A stretch of DNA of 64,000 nt from an uncultured Verrucomicrobiae bacterium (GCA_963719495.1 CAVRCI010000004.1:288001-352000); one strand, 5' to 3'; positions 51,501 to 61,759 are shown, numbered from the stretch's first letter. Numbers and translations are program-made. The notes: generated by a model not told the origin, from the sequence alone.

Positions 51501-52460
51501 ATGAAATGCGCGGTGACTCCACTGTTTCGGATGATTGCCGGTATCGCTTTGGCGTCGAGCTGGACCGATTCGCTGCGGGCGATTACCGCCGAAGAGGCCG
51601 CCGGACGCGTCGGTCAGGACGCATCGGTGACGGGTCGAGTCGTAAGCGTAATCCAACTCAACGGTTTTTCAGGAAAACCTGTGATTTTCGATTTCGATGA
51701 ATCGTATCCCAACGCGGTTTTTCAGGCGGTGATCTTCGAGAAGGACCGGTTGAAATTTCCGGATGATCTGATGTCTCGATACCAAGGGAAAACCCTCTCC
51801 GTTTCCGGACGGATCGGACAGTATCGGGGCGTCCCTCAGATCGTGCTGACTTCACCCGAGCAGATCGGCTCCTCCGGCGAGGCTGGAGGCGGGTCAGTCC
51901 CGAGTCTTGAGTCGCCGCTGACCACGCCAACGGCGGTCGGCGTCCTTGATGCGCCTCGGGCGCGGGCTGATGAAGTAATGACGGAGTCGACGGGTGAGTT
52001 CTCCTCCGGTGAACGCACCACTGCCCGGCCGGGGGTGGATCTGCCTCGGGGATCGGAAATATTTTCCGAGGGTGGGCAATCTGGATTGCGGATCAAATTG
52101 GACCCTCGCGCGCCGCAGGTTGTCTCTCAACGGATCGGTGGTGGCATTCCTCGGGATGCCATCCAATTCCAAGCCTTGTTCCAAGCGCGACTCACGACTG
52201 GCTCGAGTCTCACCGGATCGCTGCGGCTGGAGCTTGGAAAGCCTGGCTTGGGCAGTCACCTTGATCGTCCAGTGAGACCGTCGCCGGGCACTTGGCAGGA
52301 AATCAAATGGACCCGCACTTCCGATCTCCCCCGTCTGTCGGCAATGACTTTCTCGATTGAGATTCCCCCGGGAGTTGGGGCTTTAGAGATTCGCGATTCC
52401 TATCTCTTCGCGCATCCTGATTGGAAGGACAAAGCGACCTGGAAAGTCTCCGACGGCTAA
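51501..52460 (+). CDS. Secreted hypothetical protein with N-terminal OB-fold domain
   Basis: Signal peptide; ITAEEA...VG...VTGRV...YPN..F.AVIF...GKTLSVSGRI..YRG.PQIVL. Confidence 0.65.
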   Translation: MKCAVTPLFRMIAGIALASSWTDSLRAITAEEAAGRVGQDASVTGRVVSVIQLNGFSGKPVIFDFDESYPNAVFQAVIFEKDRLKFPDDLMSRYQGKTLSVSGRIGQYRGVPQIVLTSPEQIGSSGEAGGGSVPSLESPLTTPTAVGVLDAPRARADEVMTESTGEFSSGERTTARPGVDLPRGSEIFSEGGQSGLRIKLDPRAPQVVSQRIGGGIPRDAIQFQALFQARLTTGSSLTGSLRLELGKPGLGSHLDRPVRPSPGTWQEIKWTRTSDLPRLSAMTFSIEIPPGVGALEIRDSYLFAHPDWKDKATWKVSDG

Positions 52461-52623
52461 GGGTGAAGAAGTCCTCGAGACCGATCGTCGAAGGCTTTGG
52501 GAGATATTTTTGAACCATGAAGGGGTGAGGGGTTGAACCGCTAATGGACGCGAATGAACGCTAATGGTGAGGTGATGAGTGAATTTCTATTCGCGTCAAT
52601 TCGCGTCCATTCGCGCTTCCAAA

Positions 52624-53712
52624 TCAGTAGAGTTCGACCGGGCTGCGTTTGCCGTCTTCGGGGCTTCTCGTGTCGGCTTGGTCTTCTCCCAGGGTGGCGG
52701 CTCTTAGTTTTTTGACTTCTTCGTCCAGGGCTTCGTGGGCTTCGAGGGTGAAGTCGGTGGGGGGGGCGAGGTCGTTCTTGAACTTCGCAATGTTTGCGAG
52801 GGCGGGGGCGAGGGTGGATTCGGGGAGAGCGCTTAGGATGTCGAAGGCTTCGGTGATCATCTCGACCCGGTGGCAGATCATGAGGAGGTCGTTGCCCGCC
52901 TCCAAGCCGAGGCGGAGGGTGTCGGCGAGGCCGTAGTGATTGAGGATGGCGCCCATGTCGAGGTCGTCGGTCATCGTGAGGCCCGCGAAGCCTAAATCGG
53001 TTTTCAAGAGGTCGGTGGTGATGGCTTTTGATAACGAAGCGGGGCGGTCGGTTCGTTCCAATCCGTCGATGGTGATGTGGCCGGTCATCATGGAGTCGAC
53101 CTTGTCGGCGAAGTAGCGGAAGACGGCAAGTTCGTGCTCTTCCATGAGTTCGCGGGTGCGGGAGATGCGGGGGAGTTCGTGGTGGGGGTCGAGGCCGGCG
53201 GAGGTGTAGCCGGGGAAGTGCTTGCCGCAGGTGAGGATGCCGGTGGCTCGGAGGGCGTCGTTGAAGATGCCGGCGAGGTGGATGACCTGGGCGGCGGTTT
53301 TTCCGTAGCAACGGCCTTTCACGGAGTTGTCGGCGTCGTCGTCGAACGAGATGTCGAGGACGGGGCAGAGGTCGAGGTTGAAGCCGAAGAGGCGGAGGAG
53401 GTGGCCGGTGAGCTGGCCGTGCCAGCGGATGAGGCCGGGGTCGCCTTTTTCGCGGAGCTGCTGGGCGTTTGGCGGTTCGGCGCCGATCTCGCGGAGCCGG
53501 GAGACGCGACCGCCTTCCTGGTCGATGGTGATGATGGGCTCGATCTCGGAAACGGCGCGGAGGTCGTCGAGGAGGCGGCGGAGCTGGGTGGGGGACTCGA
53601 TGTTGCGGCTGAAGATGATGAAGCCGCCGGGCTGGATGCGGCGGAAGAGGTCGGCGATGTCGGGGGTGAGCGTTTTGCCGGGGACGCCGACGAGGAGAGT
53701 TTGGCCAATCAT
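52624..53712 (-). CDS. nagZ: GH3 beta-N-acetylhexosaminidase
   Basis: IDQEGGRVSRL, PVLD, KHFPG, PASLS, TDDLDMGA. Confidence 0.9.
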   Translation of the reverse strand: MIGQTLLVGVPGKTLTPDIADLFRRIQPGGFIIFSRNIESPTQLRRLLDDLRAVSEIEPIITIDQEGGRVSRLREIGAEPPNAQQLREKGDPGLIRWHGQLTGHLLRLFGFNLDLCPVLDISFDDDADNSVKGRCYGKTAAQVIHLAGIFNDALRATGILTCGKHFPGYTSAGLDPHHELPRISRTRELMEEHELAVFRYFADKVDSMMTGHITIDGLERTDRPASLSKAITTDLLKTDLGFAGLTMTDDLDMGAILNHYGLADTLRLGLEAGNDLLMICHRVEMITEAFDILSALPESTLAPALANIAKFKNDLAPPTDFTLEAHEALDEEVKKLRAATLGEDQADTRSPEDGKRSPVELY

Positions 53713-53759
53713 GGAATTTCGGATTTTGGATTTCGGATTTCGGATTGAAAGCTAATACG

Positions 53760-54368
53760 ATGATGTCTGTGGTAAATGAACGGGTGGGGATTTTCGGGGG
53801 GTCTTTTGATCCGATTCATAATGGGCATCTCATTCTGGCTCGGGATGCTCGGGAGCGGCTGGGGTTGGATCGGGTGGTTTTTGTGCCGGCGGGGGTGTCG
53901 CCTTTTAAGACCGAGGCGCCGCCGGCGGATGCGGAGGTGCGGCTGGAGATGGTACGGGCGGCGGTGGCGGGGGAGCCGGGGTTCGCGGTGGACGACGTGG
54001 AGGTGCGGCGCGGGGGGACTTCGTTCGCGGTGGAGACGGTGCGGCAGATTCGCGGGCGGGCGGAGCACGGGGCGGGGACGGAGTTCTTTTACTTCATCGG
54101 TTCGGACAATGTTGCGGACCTGGGGGCTTGGAAGGAGATCGGGGCGTTGCGGGAAATGGTGACGTTCGTGGTGCTTTCGCGGGCGGGGGAAAGTGGCTCG
54201 GACGAGGGTCTGGGGATGCCGGTGGTGCGGCGGCTGGTGGACATCTCGTCGACGGAGGTGCGGAATCGCGTTGCGCGGGGGCTCTCGATTCAATACCTCT
54301 GTCCGCAATGCGTGTGTGCGGTGATTTCCCGGGAGAGTCTTTATTGTGATGGCCGAAGTGGCGACTGA
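53760..54368 (+). CDS. nadD: Nicotinate-nucleotide adenylyltransferase
   Basis: IFGGSFDPIHNGH, SPFK, IGSD, ISSTEVR. Confidence 0.95.
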   Translation: MMSVVNERVGIFGGSFDPIHNGHLILARDARERLGLDRVVFVPAGVSPFKTEAPPADAEVRLEMVRAAVAGEPGFAVDDVEVRRGGTSFAVETVRQIRGRAEHGAGTEFFYFIGSDNVADLGAWKEIGALREMVTFVVLSRAGESGSDEGLGMPVVRRLVDISSTEVRNRVARGLSIQYLCPQCVCAVISRESLYCDGRSGD

Positions 54369-54732
54369 GGAGGGTTCGGTGCGGGGTGACGGTGAAGCGC
54401 TCGCGGTGGCGTGCGCGGAATTTGCGGCGGACCGGAAGGGCGAGGACATTCAGGTGATCGACCTGCGGGGTCGGTCTTCGTTCTGCGATTACTTCGTGAT
54501 CTGCAGTGGGATGTCGGATCCGCAGTTGCGGGCGATCGGCGCTTCGGTGCGGTCGGGGGTGCGGGAGCGCTTCGGTTACGGGCCTTACTCGGAGGAGGGG
54601 TTTGCGGGGAGCAAGTGGATCGTGATCGATTATGCCCAGGTGGTGGTGCACGTGTTTCACCACGAGGCGCGGGCGTTTTACACGCTCGAGGATCTGTGGG
54701 GCGACGCGCCGCGGGTGGTTGGTGACTGGTGA
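54346..54732 (+). CDS. rsfS: Ribosome silencing factor
   Basis: DRKGEDI...DYFVICSG...WIVIDY..VVVHVF....R.FY.LEDLW. Confidence 0.95.
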   Translation: MMAEVATEEGSVRGDGEALAVACAEFAADRKGEDIQVIDLRGRSSFCDYFVICSGMSDPQLRAIGASVRSGVRERFGYGPYSEEGFAGSKWIVIDYAQVVVHVFHHEARAFYTLEDLWGDAPRVVGDW

Positions 54733-54764
54733 AGAGTGACTGGTGATTGGTGCGGTAAGTCCTG

Positions 54765-54950
54765 ATGGATATCGTCGAGGAGATCGGGGTGGATTGTCCG
54801 CATTGCGGGGAGGTCTTCTTTATCGAGGTGGAGACGACGACGGTGGAGGTGGGGATGATCGAGGACTGCGCGGTGTGTTGCCGACCGATCAACGTGCGGG
54901 TGCGGTGCGAGCCGGGAGCGGTTGTATCGGTGGACATTTCGGCGGCTTGA
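54765..54950 (+). CDS. CPXCG-motif cysteine-rich protein
   Basis: CPHCGE...IEDCAVCCRPI. Confidence 0.85.
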   Translation: MDIVEEIGVDCPHCGEVFFIEVETTTVEVGMIEDCAVCCRPINVRVRCEPGAVVSVDISAA

Positions 54951-54990
54951 TGGGGTTGCGCGGCTTGGGGTTGTGGACTAACGGTTTGTT

Positions 54991-55821
54991 ATGATTCTTG
55001 GTCAGAGCAAAGCCATCGTCCGGCTGTTGGAGGACGATGATCCGGAGACGGTGCGGCTGGTGAAGGAGCAGTTGCTCGAAGCGGACGGTGCGATGCTGGA
55101 CGAGTTGCGTGGCGTGGGGGGTGGGGACGGTGCCGCGGCGGGTCACGCGCTGGAGGTGCTGCGGGCGATCGATGATCGCGAGGCGGTGGAGGAATTCGGG
55201 CTACTGTGTCATTTTTTTGGGGATCACCACGATTTGGAGCGGGCGAATTGGATGCTGGCTCGGGCGCTGATGCCGGAGGCGGAAATCGGGCCGCTGGAGA
55301 CGAAGGTGAACGCGTGGGGACGGCAATTTTTGGTGAAGAGCAGTGGGGCGGTGTCGAGCCGGGAGCGGGTGATTCTGCTGTCGAAGTTCATGGCGGGGGA
55401 GTTGGGGTTTCGGGGGAACACGGAGGATTACTACAGCGAGCGGAATTGTCTTCTCCCGGGGGTGGTCGAGACTCGGATGGGGATTCCGATCGCGCTGACT
55501 CTGCTTTACAAGATGGTCGCGGCGCGGGCGGGGATGTGCTTGGCGGGCGTGAATCTACCGGGACACTTCATCGCGCGGCACGGGGATTTGTTTTTCGACC
55601 CGTATCACCGGGGAAAAATTCTCACAAAAGCGGATTGTTTGGCGATCCTTGCGAAGCAACAGCTGAGTCTGTGCGGGAATCACCTGGCGGACGCGAGTCC
55701 GCGGCAGTTGCTCATCCGGACGCTGGCGAATCTGTTGTATGTCTACGATCTTCGGCGGGATCAGGAGAAGCACGCGAAGGTGGACGGGTGGATTCGGGCG
55801 CTGACGGCGGACGTTGCGTGA
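54991..55821 (+). CDS. SirB1/transglutaminase-like protein
   Basis: FRGNTEDYY...R.GIPIAL...GVNLPGHF...FFDPY. Confidence 0.85.
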   Translation: MILGQSKAIVRLLEDDDPETVRLVKEQLLEADGAMLDELRGVGGGDGAAAGHALEVLRAIDDREAVEEFGLLCHFFGDHHDLERANWMLARALMPEAEIGPLETKVNAWGRQFLVKSSGAVSSRERVILLSKFMAGELGFRGNTEDYYSERNCLLPGVVETRMGIPIALTLLYKMVAARAGMCLAGVNLPGHFIARHGDLFFDPYHRGKILTKADCLAILAKQQLSLCGNHLADASPRQLLIRTLANLLYVYDLRRDQEKHAKVDGWIRALTADVA

Positions 55822-55883
55822 GTCGCTTCGCTCCGTGATTGGTGACTGGTGACTGGTGAATGGTGGGAATGCGGGTGACGGGT

Positions 55884-57119
55884 ATGCGGGTCGAGGTCGT
55901 CAATACGGGGACGGAGCTTTTGCTGGGGGCCGTTGTGAATTCGCACCTGGCTTGGTTTGGGGCTCGGTTGTTCGACCTGGGGTTGCGGATTGATCGGGGG
56001 GTGACGGTGCCGGATGGGGCGGGGATTCGGGACGCGCTGGTGGAGGCTTTCGACCGGGAGCCGGACGTGGTGCTGGTGACGGGTGGGTTGGGGCCGACTT
56101 CGGATGATTTGACGCGGGAGATCGTGGCGGAGTTGTTGGGGCTTCGGCTGGAGGAGGACGGGGAGGTGCTGCGAGGGATCAAGGATTTGTGCGCGGGGCG
56201 GGGGTTTGAATTTCAAGAACGAATGGGGCGTCAGGCGATGGTGCCGACGGGGGCCGTGGTGCTGCCGAATCGGCGCGGGACGGCTCCGGGGATCTACGTT
56301 CCGCCGCTTGAGCGTCCTTCGTGGAGGTCGCCTCATTTGTTTTTGCTGCCGGGGCCGCCGCGGGAGTTGAAGCCGATGTTCGAGGCGGAGGTGGTGCCGC
56401 GCTTGCGGGAACTGACGGCGGGGACGGTGGTAAAAATCTGCCGGACCTATCGGTGCGTGGAAATCGGGGAGTCGATGGTGGAGGCTCGGTTGGGGTTGCG
56501 GTTGTCGAGCGTGGCGGGGCTGGAGGTGGGGTATTGCGCTCGACCGAACGAGGTGGATTTCCGGTTGATCGGGGAGGCTGGGTTGCTGGATTCGTTGGAC
56601 GCGGAGGTTCGGGGGGAGTTGGCGGAGTTTTTGGTGACGACCGACGCGGAGGGGCTGGAGACGGTGGTGGTCGGTGAATTGGTGCGGCGGGGGTTGACGG
56701 TGGCGACGGCCGAGTCTTGCACGGGTGGATTGCTGGCGAGTCGGCTGACGGATGTGCCGGGGGCTTCGGCGGCGTTTTTGCGGGGTTGGGTGACTTACGC
56801 GAACGAGGCGAAGGTGGGAGAGTTGGGCGTGGACGCGGGGTTGATCGAGGCGCGCGGGGCGGTGAGTGAGGAGGTGGCGGGGGCGATGGCGGTGGGGGCG
56901 TGCGAGCGGGCCGGGACGGATTTTGCCCTGGCGACGACGGGGATCGCGGGACCGGGCGGGGCGACGGCGGGGAAGCCGGTGGGGACGGTTTTTATCGCGC
57001 TGGCGCGGCGGGGTGGGGACGTGATGGTTTGGCGGGAGTCGTTTCCGACGGATCGGGTGACCTTTAAGTTGCTGGTGACGCAGGCGGCTTTGAACGCGCT
57101 GCGGCGGGCGATGCGATGA
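55884..57119 (+). CDS. cinA: Competence/damage-inducible protein A (MocF plus PncC domains)
   Basis: GTELLLG, TGGLGPTSDDLT, LPGPPRE, AESCTGG, TTGIAGP. Confidence 0.92.
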   Translation: MRVEVVNTGTELLLGAVVNSHLAWFGARLFDLGLRIDRGVTVPDGAGIRDALVEAFDREPDVVLVTGGLGPTSDDLTREIVAELLGLRLEEDGEVLRGIKDLCAGRGFEFQERMGRQAMVPTGAVVLPNRRGTAPGIYVPPLERPSWRSPHLFLLPGPPRELKPMFEAEVVPRLRELTAGTVVKICRTYRCVEIGESMVEARLGLRLSSVAGLEVGYCARPNEVDFRLIGEAGLLDSLDAEVRGELAEFLVTTDAEGLETVVVGELVRRGLTVATAESCTGGLLASRLTDVPGASAAFLRGWVTYANEAKVGELGVDAGLIEARGAVSEEVAGAMAVGACERAGTDFALATTGIAGPGGATAGKPVGTVFIALARRGGDVMVWRESFPTDRVTFKLLVTQAALNALRRAMR

Positions 57120-57204
57120 GGGTTTGCGGCTTTGCCGTTGGTTATGAGGTCCCGGGCAGGATGCCCGGGACGACAGGCTGGAAGCCTGTTTTCCCCAGCT
57201 GCTT

Positions 57205-59373
57205 ATGACGGATGATGGGGTGCGGGGGGTGGTGGAACGGGTGACGTTTCACAATGAGGAATCGGGGTTTTCGGTTCTGCGGGTGCTGGTGCGGGGGCGG
57301 AAGGATTTGGTGACGGTGATTGGGAACGTGGCGACCGTCACCCCGGGTGAGTGGATTACGGCGGAGGGGCGGTGGGTGCGGGATCGGGAGCACGGGATGC
57401 AGCTGAAGGCGGAGCGGGTGGAGACTCAGCCGCCGGACTCGCGGGAGGGGATCGAGAAGTATCTGGCAAGTGGGATGATCAAGGGGATCGGGCCGGTTTA
57501 CGCGAAGAAGCTGGTCGCGCAGTTCGGCGAGGAGGTGTTTTCGATCATTGAGAACGAGTCGGCTCGGTTGCAGGAGGTCGGGGGGATCGGGGCCGAGCGG
57601 CGGCGGGCGATCAAGGACGCCTGGGCGGAGCAGCGGGTGGTGCGGGAGATCATGGTCTTCCTGCACGCGAACGGGGTGAGCACGAGCCGGGCGGCGCGGG
57701 TTTACAAGACTTACGGGGAGGAGGCGATTGCGCGGATCCGGACCGATCCGTATTGCCTGGCGCGGGACATTCGGGGGATTGGGTTCAAGAGCGCGGACGC
57801 GATCGCGGCGAAGGTCGGGTTGGCGGGCGATTCGGTGCTGCGGGTGCGGGCGGGGTTGGCGCATTGCCTGGACGAGGCGGGGGCGGATGGGCATTGCGCG
57901 ATGGTGCGGCGGGATTTGGTCGGCGCGGCGGGGGAGTTGCTGGACGTGGGTTTGGAATTGGCCGAGCGGGTGTTGGCGGGGGCTTTGGAGCGGAAGGAGC
58001 TGGTTGCGGAGACGAGTGAGGGGCGCGACTTGATCTACGCGCCGCCGATGTTGGCGGCGGAGCGGGTCGTGGCGGAGCGGTTGCGAGCGATGGCGGAGCG
58101 GACGCGGACGGGGTATCCGGCGATCGACGTGGAGCGGGCGTTGGACTGGGTGCAGGGGGCGACCGGGAAGGTGCTGGCGGATTCGCAGGCGGCGGCGTTG
58201 CGGCTCGCGCTCGGGCGGGCGGTGGCGGTGGTGACGGGTGGACCGGGCGTGGGGAAGACGACGCTGGTGAATTCGATTCTGAAGATTCTGAGCGCGAAGG
58301 GGGTGCGGTGCGTTTTGTGCGCGCCGACGGGGCGGGCGGCGAAGCGGTTGGCGGAGTCGACGGGGATGCCGGCGATGACGATTCATCGGTTACTCGAGCC
58401 GGAGCGGGGTGGGGGATTCAAACGATTCGAGGGGAATCCGCTCGCTGGCGATTTGTTCGTGATGGACGAGGTGTCGATGGTGGACGTGTCGCTGATGGCG
58501 CGGTTTCTGCGGGCGGTGCCGGGGCGCGGGAACCTTCTGTTGGTGGGCGACGCGGATCAGTTGCCGAGCGTGGGGCCGGGCCTCGTTCTGCGGGACGTGA
58601 TCGCATCGGGTGCGGTGCCGGTGGCGCGGCTCGACGTGGTGTTCCGTCAGGCGGAGGCGAGTGGGATCGTGACGGCGGCGCACGCGATGAACGCGGGGCG
58701 GCTGCCGGAGTTGGACCACCGGGAGGGGTCGGATTTTTTCTTCATCGAGCGGGAGGATTCAGCGGCGGCGTTGGAGACGATCGTCGAGTTGGTGGCTCGG
58801 CGGGTGCCGGGGAAGTTTGGGCTGGATCCGGTGCGGGACATTCAAGTGTTGTCGGCGATGAACAAGGGGACGCTCGGGGTGAGGAGCGTAAACGGGCGGT
58901 TGCAGGCGGCGCTGAATCCCGCGCGGGAGGGGGTGGGCGAGGTCGAGCGCGTTGGGGTGACGTTTCGGGCGGGGGACAAGGTGATCCAGACGCGGAACAA
59001 TTACGACAAGGAGGTGTTCAACGGGGACATCGGGGTGGTGCGGGCGGTGGAGTGGTCCGAGAAGGAGGTGATCGTGGAATTCGAAGGGCGGCGGGTCGTT
59101 TATGAATTTGGGGAGATGGACGAGCTGGATCCGGCTTGGGCGATCACGGTGCACAAGAGTCAGGGCTCGGAATTTCCGTGTGTGATCGTGCCGGTGGCGA
59201 TGGAGCAGTTCGTGCTGCTGCAGCGGAATTTGATTTATACGGCGATCACGCGGGGGAAGCGGTTGGTGATCGTGGTGGGTCAGCGGAAGGCGCTGGGGGC
59301 GGCGGTGCGGAATAATGCGGTGCGCGCGCGGGTGTCGGGGTTGCGGGGGCGATTGGGGGTTGGACAGGATTGA
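57205..59373 (+). CDS. recD2: RecD2-like SF1B DNA helicase
   Basis: HhH repeats, TGGPGVGKTT, APTGRAAKR, DEVSM, GDADQL, HKSQGSE. Confidence 0.93.
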   Translation: MTDDGVRGVVERVTFHNEESGFSVLRVLVRGRKDLVTVIGNVATVTPGEWITAEGRWVRDREHGMQLKAERVETQPPDSREGIEKYLASGMIKGIGPVYAKKLVAQFGEEVFSIIENESARLQEVGGIGAERRRAIKDAWAEQRVVREIMVFLHANGVSTSRAARVYKTYGEEAIARIRTDPYCLARDIRGIGFKSADAIAAKVGLAGDSVLRVRAGLAHCLDEAGADGHCAMVRRDLVGAAGELLDVGLELAERVLAGALERKELVAETSEGRDLIYAPPMLAAERVVAERLRAMAERTRTGYPAIDVERALDWVQGATGKVLADSQAAALRLALGRAVAVVTGGPGVGKTTLVNSILKILSAKGVRCVLCAPTGRAAKRLAESTGMPAMTIHRLLEPERGGGFKRFEGNPLAGDLFVMDEVSMVDVSLMARFLRAVPGRGNLLLVGDADQLPSVGPGLVLRDVIASGAVPVARLDVVFRQAEASGIVTAAHAMNAGRLPELDHREGSDFFFIEREDSAAALETIVELVARRVPGKFGLDPVRDIQVLSAMNKGTLGVRSVNGRLQAALNPAREGVGEVERVGVTFRAGDKVIQTRNNYDKEVFNGDIGVVRAVEWSEKEVIVEFEGRRVVYEFGEMDELDPAWAITVHKSQGSEFPCVIVPVAMEQFVLLQRNLIYTAITRGKRLVIVVGQRKALGAAVRNNAVRARVSGLRGRLGVGQD

Positions 59374-59521
59374 CGGGATTCTCAGGATTATTTAGAGCGG
59401 GACCTTTCGGTGACTGCTGCGCTTTGCGACGGTTGGGTGACTGTAGAGTTGGTCACCGGGGTGAGATGAACAAGCCAGAGATGCTTCGCTTCGCTCAGCG
59501 TGACAGCGTTTGGGGGGAGGC

Positions 59522-61003
59522 TTAGGCCTCTTCTCGGACTTCGGCCCGGTCTTCGAATCTGGTGAATTCTTTCAGGAAACTTAGGGGGATTTCGCCGATG
59601 GGGCCGTTTCGCTGTTTGGCGATGATGAGCTCGGCTTCGCCGGCTTTTTCCTGTTTGGCTTCTTCGTCGTCTTCGTAAATTTCCGAGCGGACGAGGAGGC
59701 CGACGATGTCGGCGTCCTGCTCGATTGAGCCGGATTCACGGAGATCGCTGATGCGCGGCTTCCCTTTGGAAGCGCCGGTGCGGCTTTCGGGATTTCGGTT
59801 GAGCTGGGCGAGGACGATGACGGGGATATTGAGCTCTTTCGCCAGGGCTTTGACGCCGGCGGAGATTTCCGCGATTTCGATCTGGCGGTTTTCCTGGGCG
59901 CGTTTCGAGCTGGAGCGGAGGAGCTGAAGGTAGTCGATGACGATGAGCTCGATGCCGTGCTGGGAGTGGAGGCGGCGGGCCTTGGCTCGGAGTTCGAGGA
60001 TGGTGATGCCGGGGGTGTCGTCGATGAAGATGCGGCTGTCGACGAGGCTTTTTGCGGCTTTGTAGATTTTGTTGGAGTCGGCCTGGGAGAGGAAGCCGTC
60101 GCGGATGCGCTGGAGATTGACGCGGGCGCAGGAGCAGAGGAGACGCTGGACAAGCTGGCTGCTGGACATCTCCAGGCTGAAGACGCCGACGGCTTTGCCG
60201 AGGTGGACGGCTACGTGCTCGGCGATGTTCATCGAGAACGCGGTCTTGCCCATGGAGGGGCGGGCGGCAATGACGAACATTTCGCTGCCGCGCATGCCGC
60301 CGGTCATTTGGTCAAGGACCTTGAAACCGGTGGAGATGCCGGTGAGGCCGCCCTTGTTCTTGTAGAGTGCTTCGATCTCCTCGATGGCGGTCATCACCAT
60401 CGCTTTCATTTCTGGGAGGGTGCCCTTGAAGCGGTCCTCGCCGATGGCCATGACGCTCTTTTCGACGTCGTCGAGGAGGACTTTAACTTCGCCCTGCTCT
60501 TCGTAGCAACGGGCGGCGGCCTCGGTGCAGGTGGTGATCATCGACCGGAGGAGAAATTTCTCGCGGACGATCTCGAGGTAGAACGACGCGTTGGCGGCGG
60601 TGGGGACGAACGTGAAGAGCTCGGAGATGGTGGCGGGGCCGCCGCAGGCTTCGAGCTGGCCGCGGTCGCTGAGGATCTGGGTGAGCGTGATGAAGTCGAC
60701 GGGCTTCGAGTCCTTCCACTGCTCGATCATGACCGCATAAATTGTCTGATGCGGTGGGTGGTAGAAGTGATTCTCGCCGATGCGCTCGACGCAATCGCCC
60801 ATCACCCCCGCGGGCGAGAGGAGGGCGGAGCAGAGAAGACCCTTCTCGGCGTCGTTGCTCTGGGGGAGCGTTCTGTGAATATCGGGTAAATAACTCCCCG
60901 ATTTTTGGGAATAACTCCCGGTTTTCTGCGGACCGTCGAATTTACCGTCCCCGTTTTGTCTCTGGGGATTCTCTGGCTTCGGGGCCTGAGAATCGGGCGG
61001 CAT
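59522..61003 (-). CDS. dnaB: Replicative DNA helicase
   Basis: AARPSMGKT, IDYLQL, AQLNR, DLRESGSIEQDAD, AKQRNGP. Confidence 0.98.
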   Translation of the reverse strand: MPPDSQAPKPENPQRQNGDGKFDGPQKTGSYSQKSGSYLPDIHRTLPQSNDAEKGLLCSALLSPAGVMGDCVERIGENHFYHPPHQTIYAVMIEQWKDSKPVDFITLTQILSDRGQLEACGGPATISELFTFVPTAANASFYLEIVREKFLLRSMITTCTEAAARCYEEQGEVKVLLDDVEKSVMAIGEDRFKGTLPEMKAMVMTAIEEIEALYKNKGGLTGISTGFKVLDQMTGGMRGSEMFVIAARPSMGKTAFSMNIAEHVAVHLGKAVGVFSLEMSSSQLVQRLLCSCARVNLQRIRDGFLSQADSNKIYKAAKSLVDSRIFIDDTPGITILELRAKARRLHSQHGIELIVIDYLQLLRSSSKRAQENRQIEIAEISAGVKALAKELNIPVIVLAQLNRNPESRTGASKGKPRISDLRESGSIEQDADIVGLLVRSEIYEDDEEAKQEKAGEAELIIAKQRNGPIGEIPLSFLKEFTRFEDRAEVREEA

Positions 61004-61143
61004 TTGTTGTCTGGTGGGCGTTGGTGAGGTGAGGTGGCGAGTATGCGGCCTTTGGCCGTTGGGGTGGTGGAGGACAGGATGTCCTCGCCCCGCTGTGATG
61101 GAGGACGGGTTGGCCTGCCCCGTTGGGGATTCGTCCGTTGGTT

Positions 61144-61641
61144 TTAGTCGTCGTCTTCGTCGGGGGCTTCGGCCTTTTCGATGACGTGGGCGTTGACTTT
61201 GACTTTGAGCTTGGCGGTGACGTCGGGGTGGATCTTGACGGGGACTTCGTGGTCGCCGGATTCCTTGATGCCTTTATCGAGGACGACGGCGTGGCGGGGG
61301 AGGGTGACGTTTTGGAGTTCCTGCTCGATGCGCTCGGTGAGGTCCTTGGCGGTGATGGAACCGAAGGCTTTGCCGGATTCGCCGGTTTCGAGCGTGAGCG
61401 TGATGCGGAGCTTGTTGATACGGGAGGCCAGTTCCTCGGCAGCATTCAGCTCACGGCCTTCGCGCTCGGCGCGTTTGGCTTTGAGGTGATTGATGGCGCG
61501 CATCGAGCCGGCGTCGGCTTCGAGGGCCTTGCCTTGGGGTAGGAGAAAATTGCGGGCGTAGCCGCGACGGACTTTGACGATGTCGGCTTCCGCGCCGAGC
61601 GGGCCAATGTTTTCAGTGAGGATAACTTCGGTAAGAGCCAT
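61144..61641 (-). CDS. rplI: 50S ribosomal protein L9
   Basis: VKVRRGYARNFLLPQGKA; FGSIT. Confidence 0.97.
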   Translation of the reverse strand: MALTEVILTENIGPLGAEADIVKVRRGYARNFLLPQGKALEADAGSMRAINHLKAKRAEREGRELNAAEELASRINKLRITLTLETGESGKAFGSITAKDLTERIEQELQNVTLPRHAVVLDKGIKESGDHEVPVKIHPDVTAKLKVKVNAHVIEKAEAPDEDDD

Positions 61642-61759
61642 AATGGTGTGATTGGTCGGAGGGCAGAGGGTAGGGGGCGGCTGGGGGGAGTCAATTTATT
61701 TTGGGGCGGCGGGTGAATTTGCCGCAAAGAGGCGCAGAAGGCTCAAAGGGGGTGAGGGT

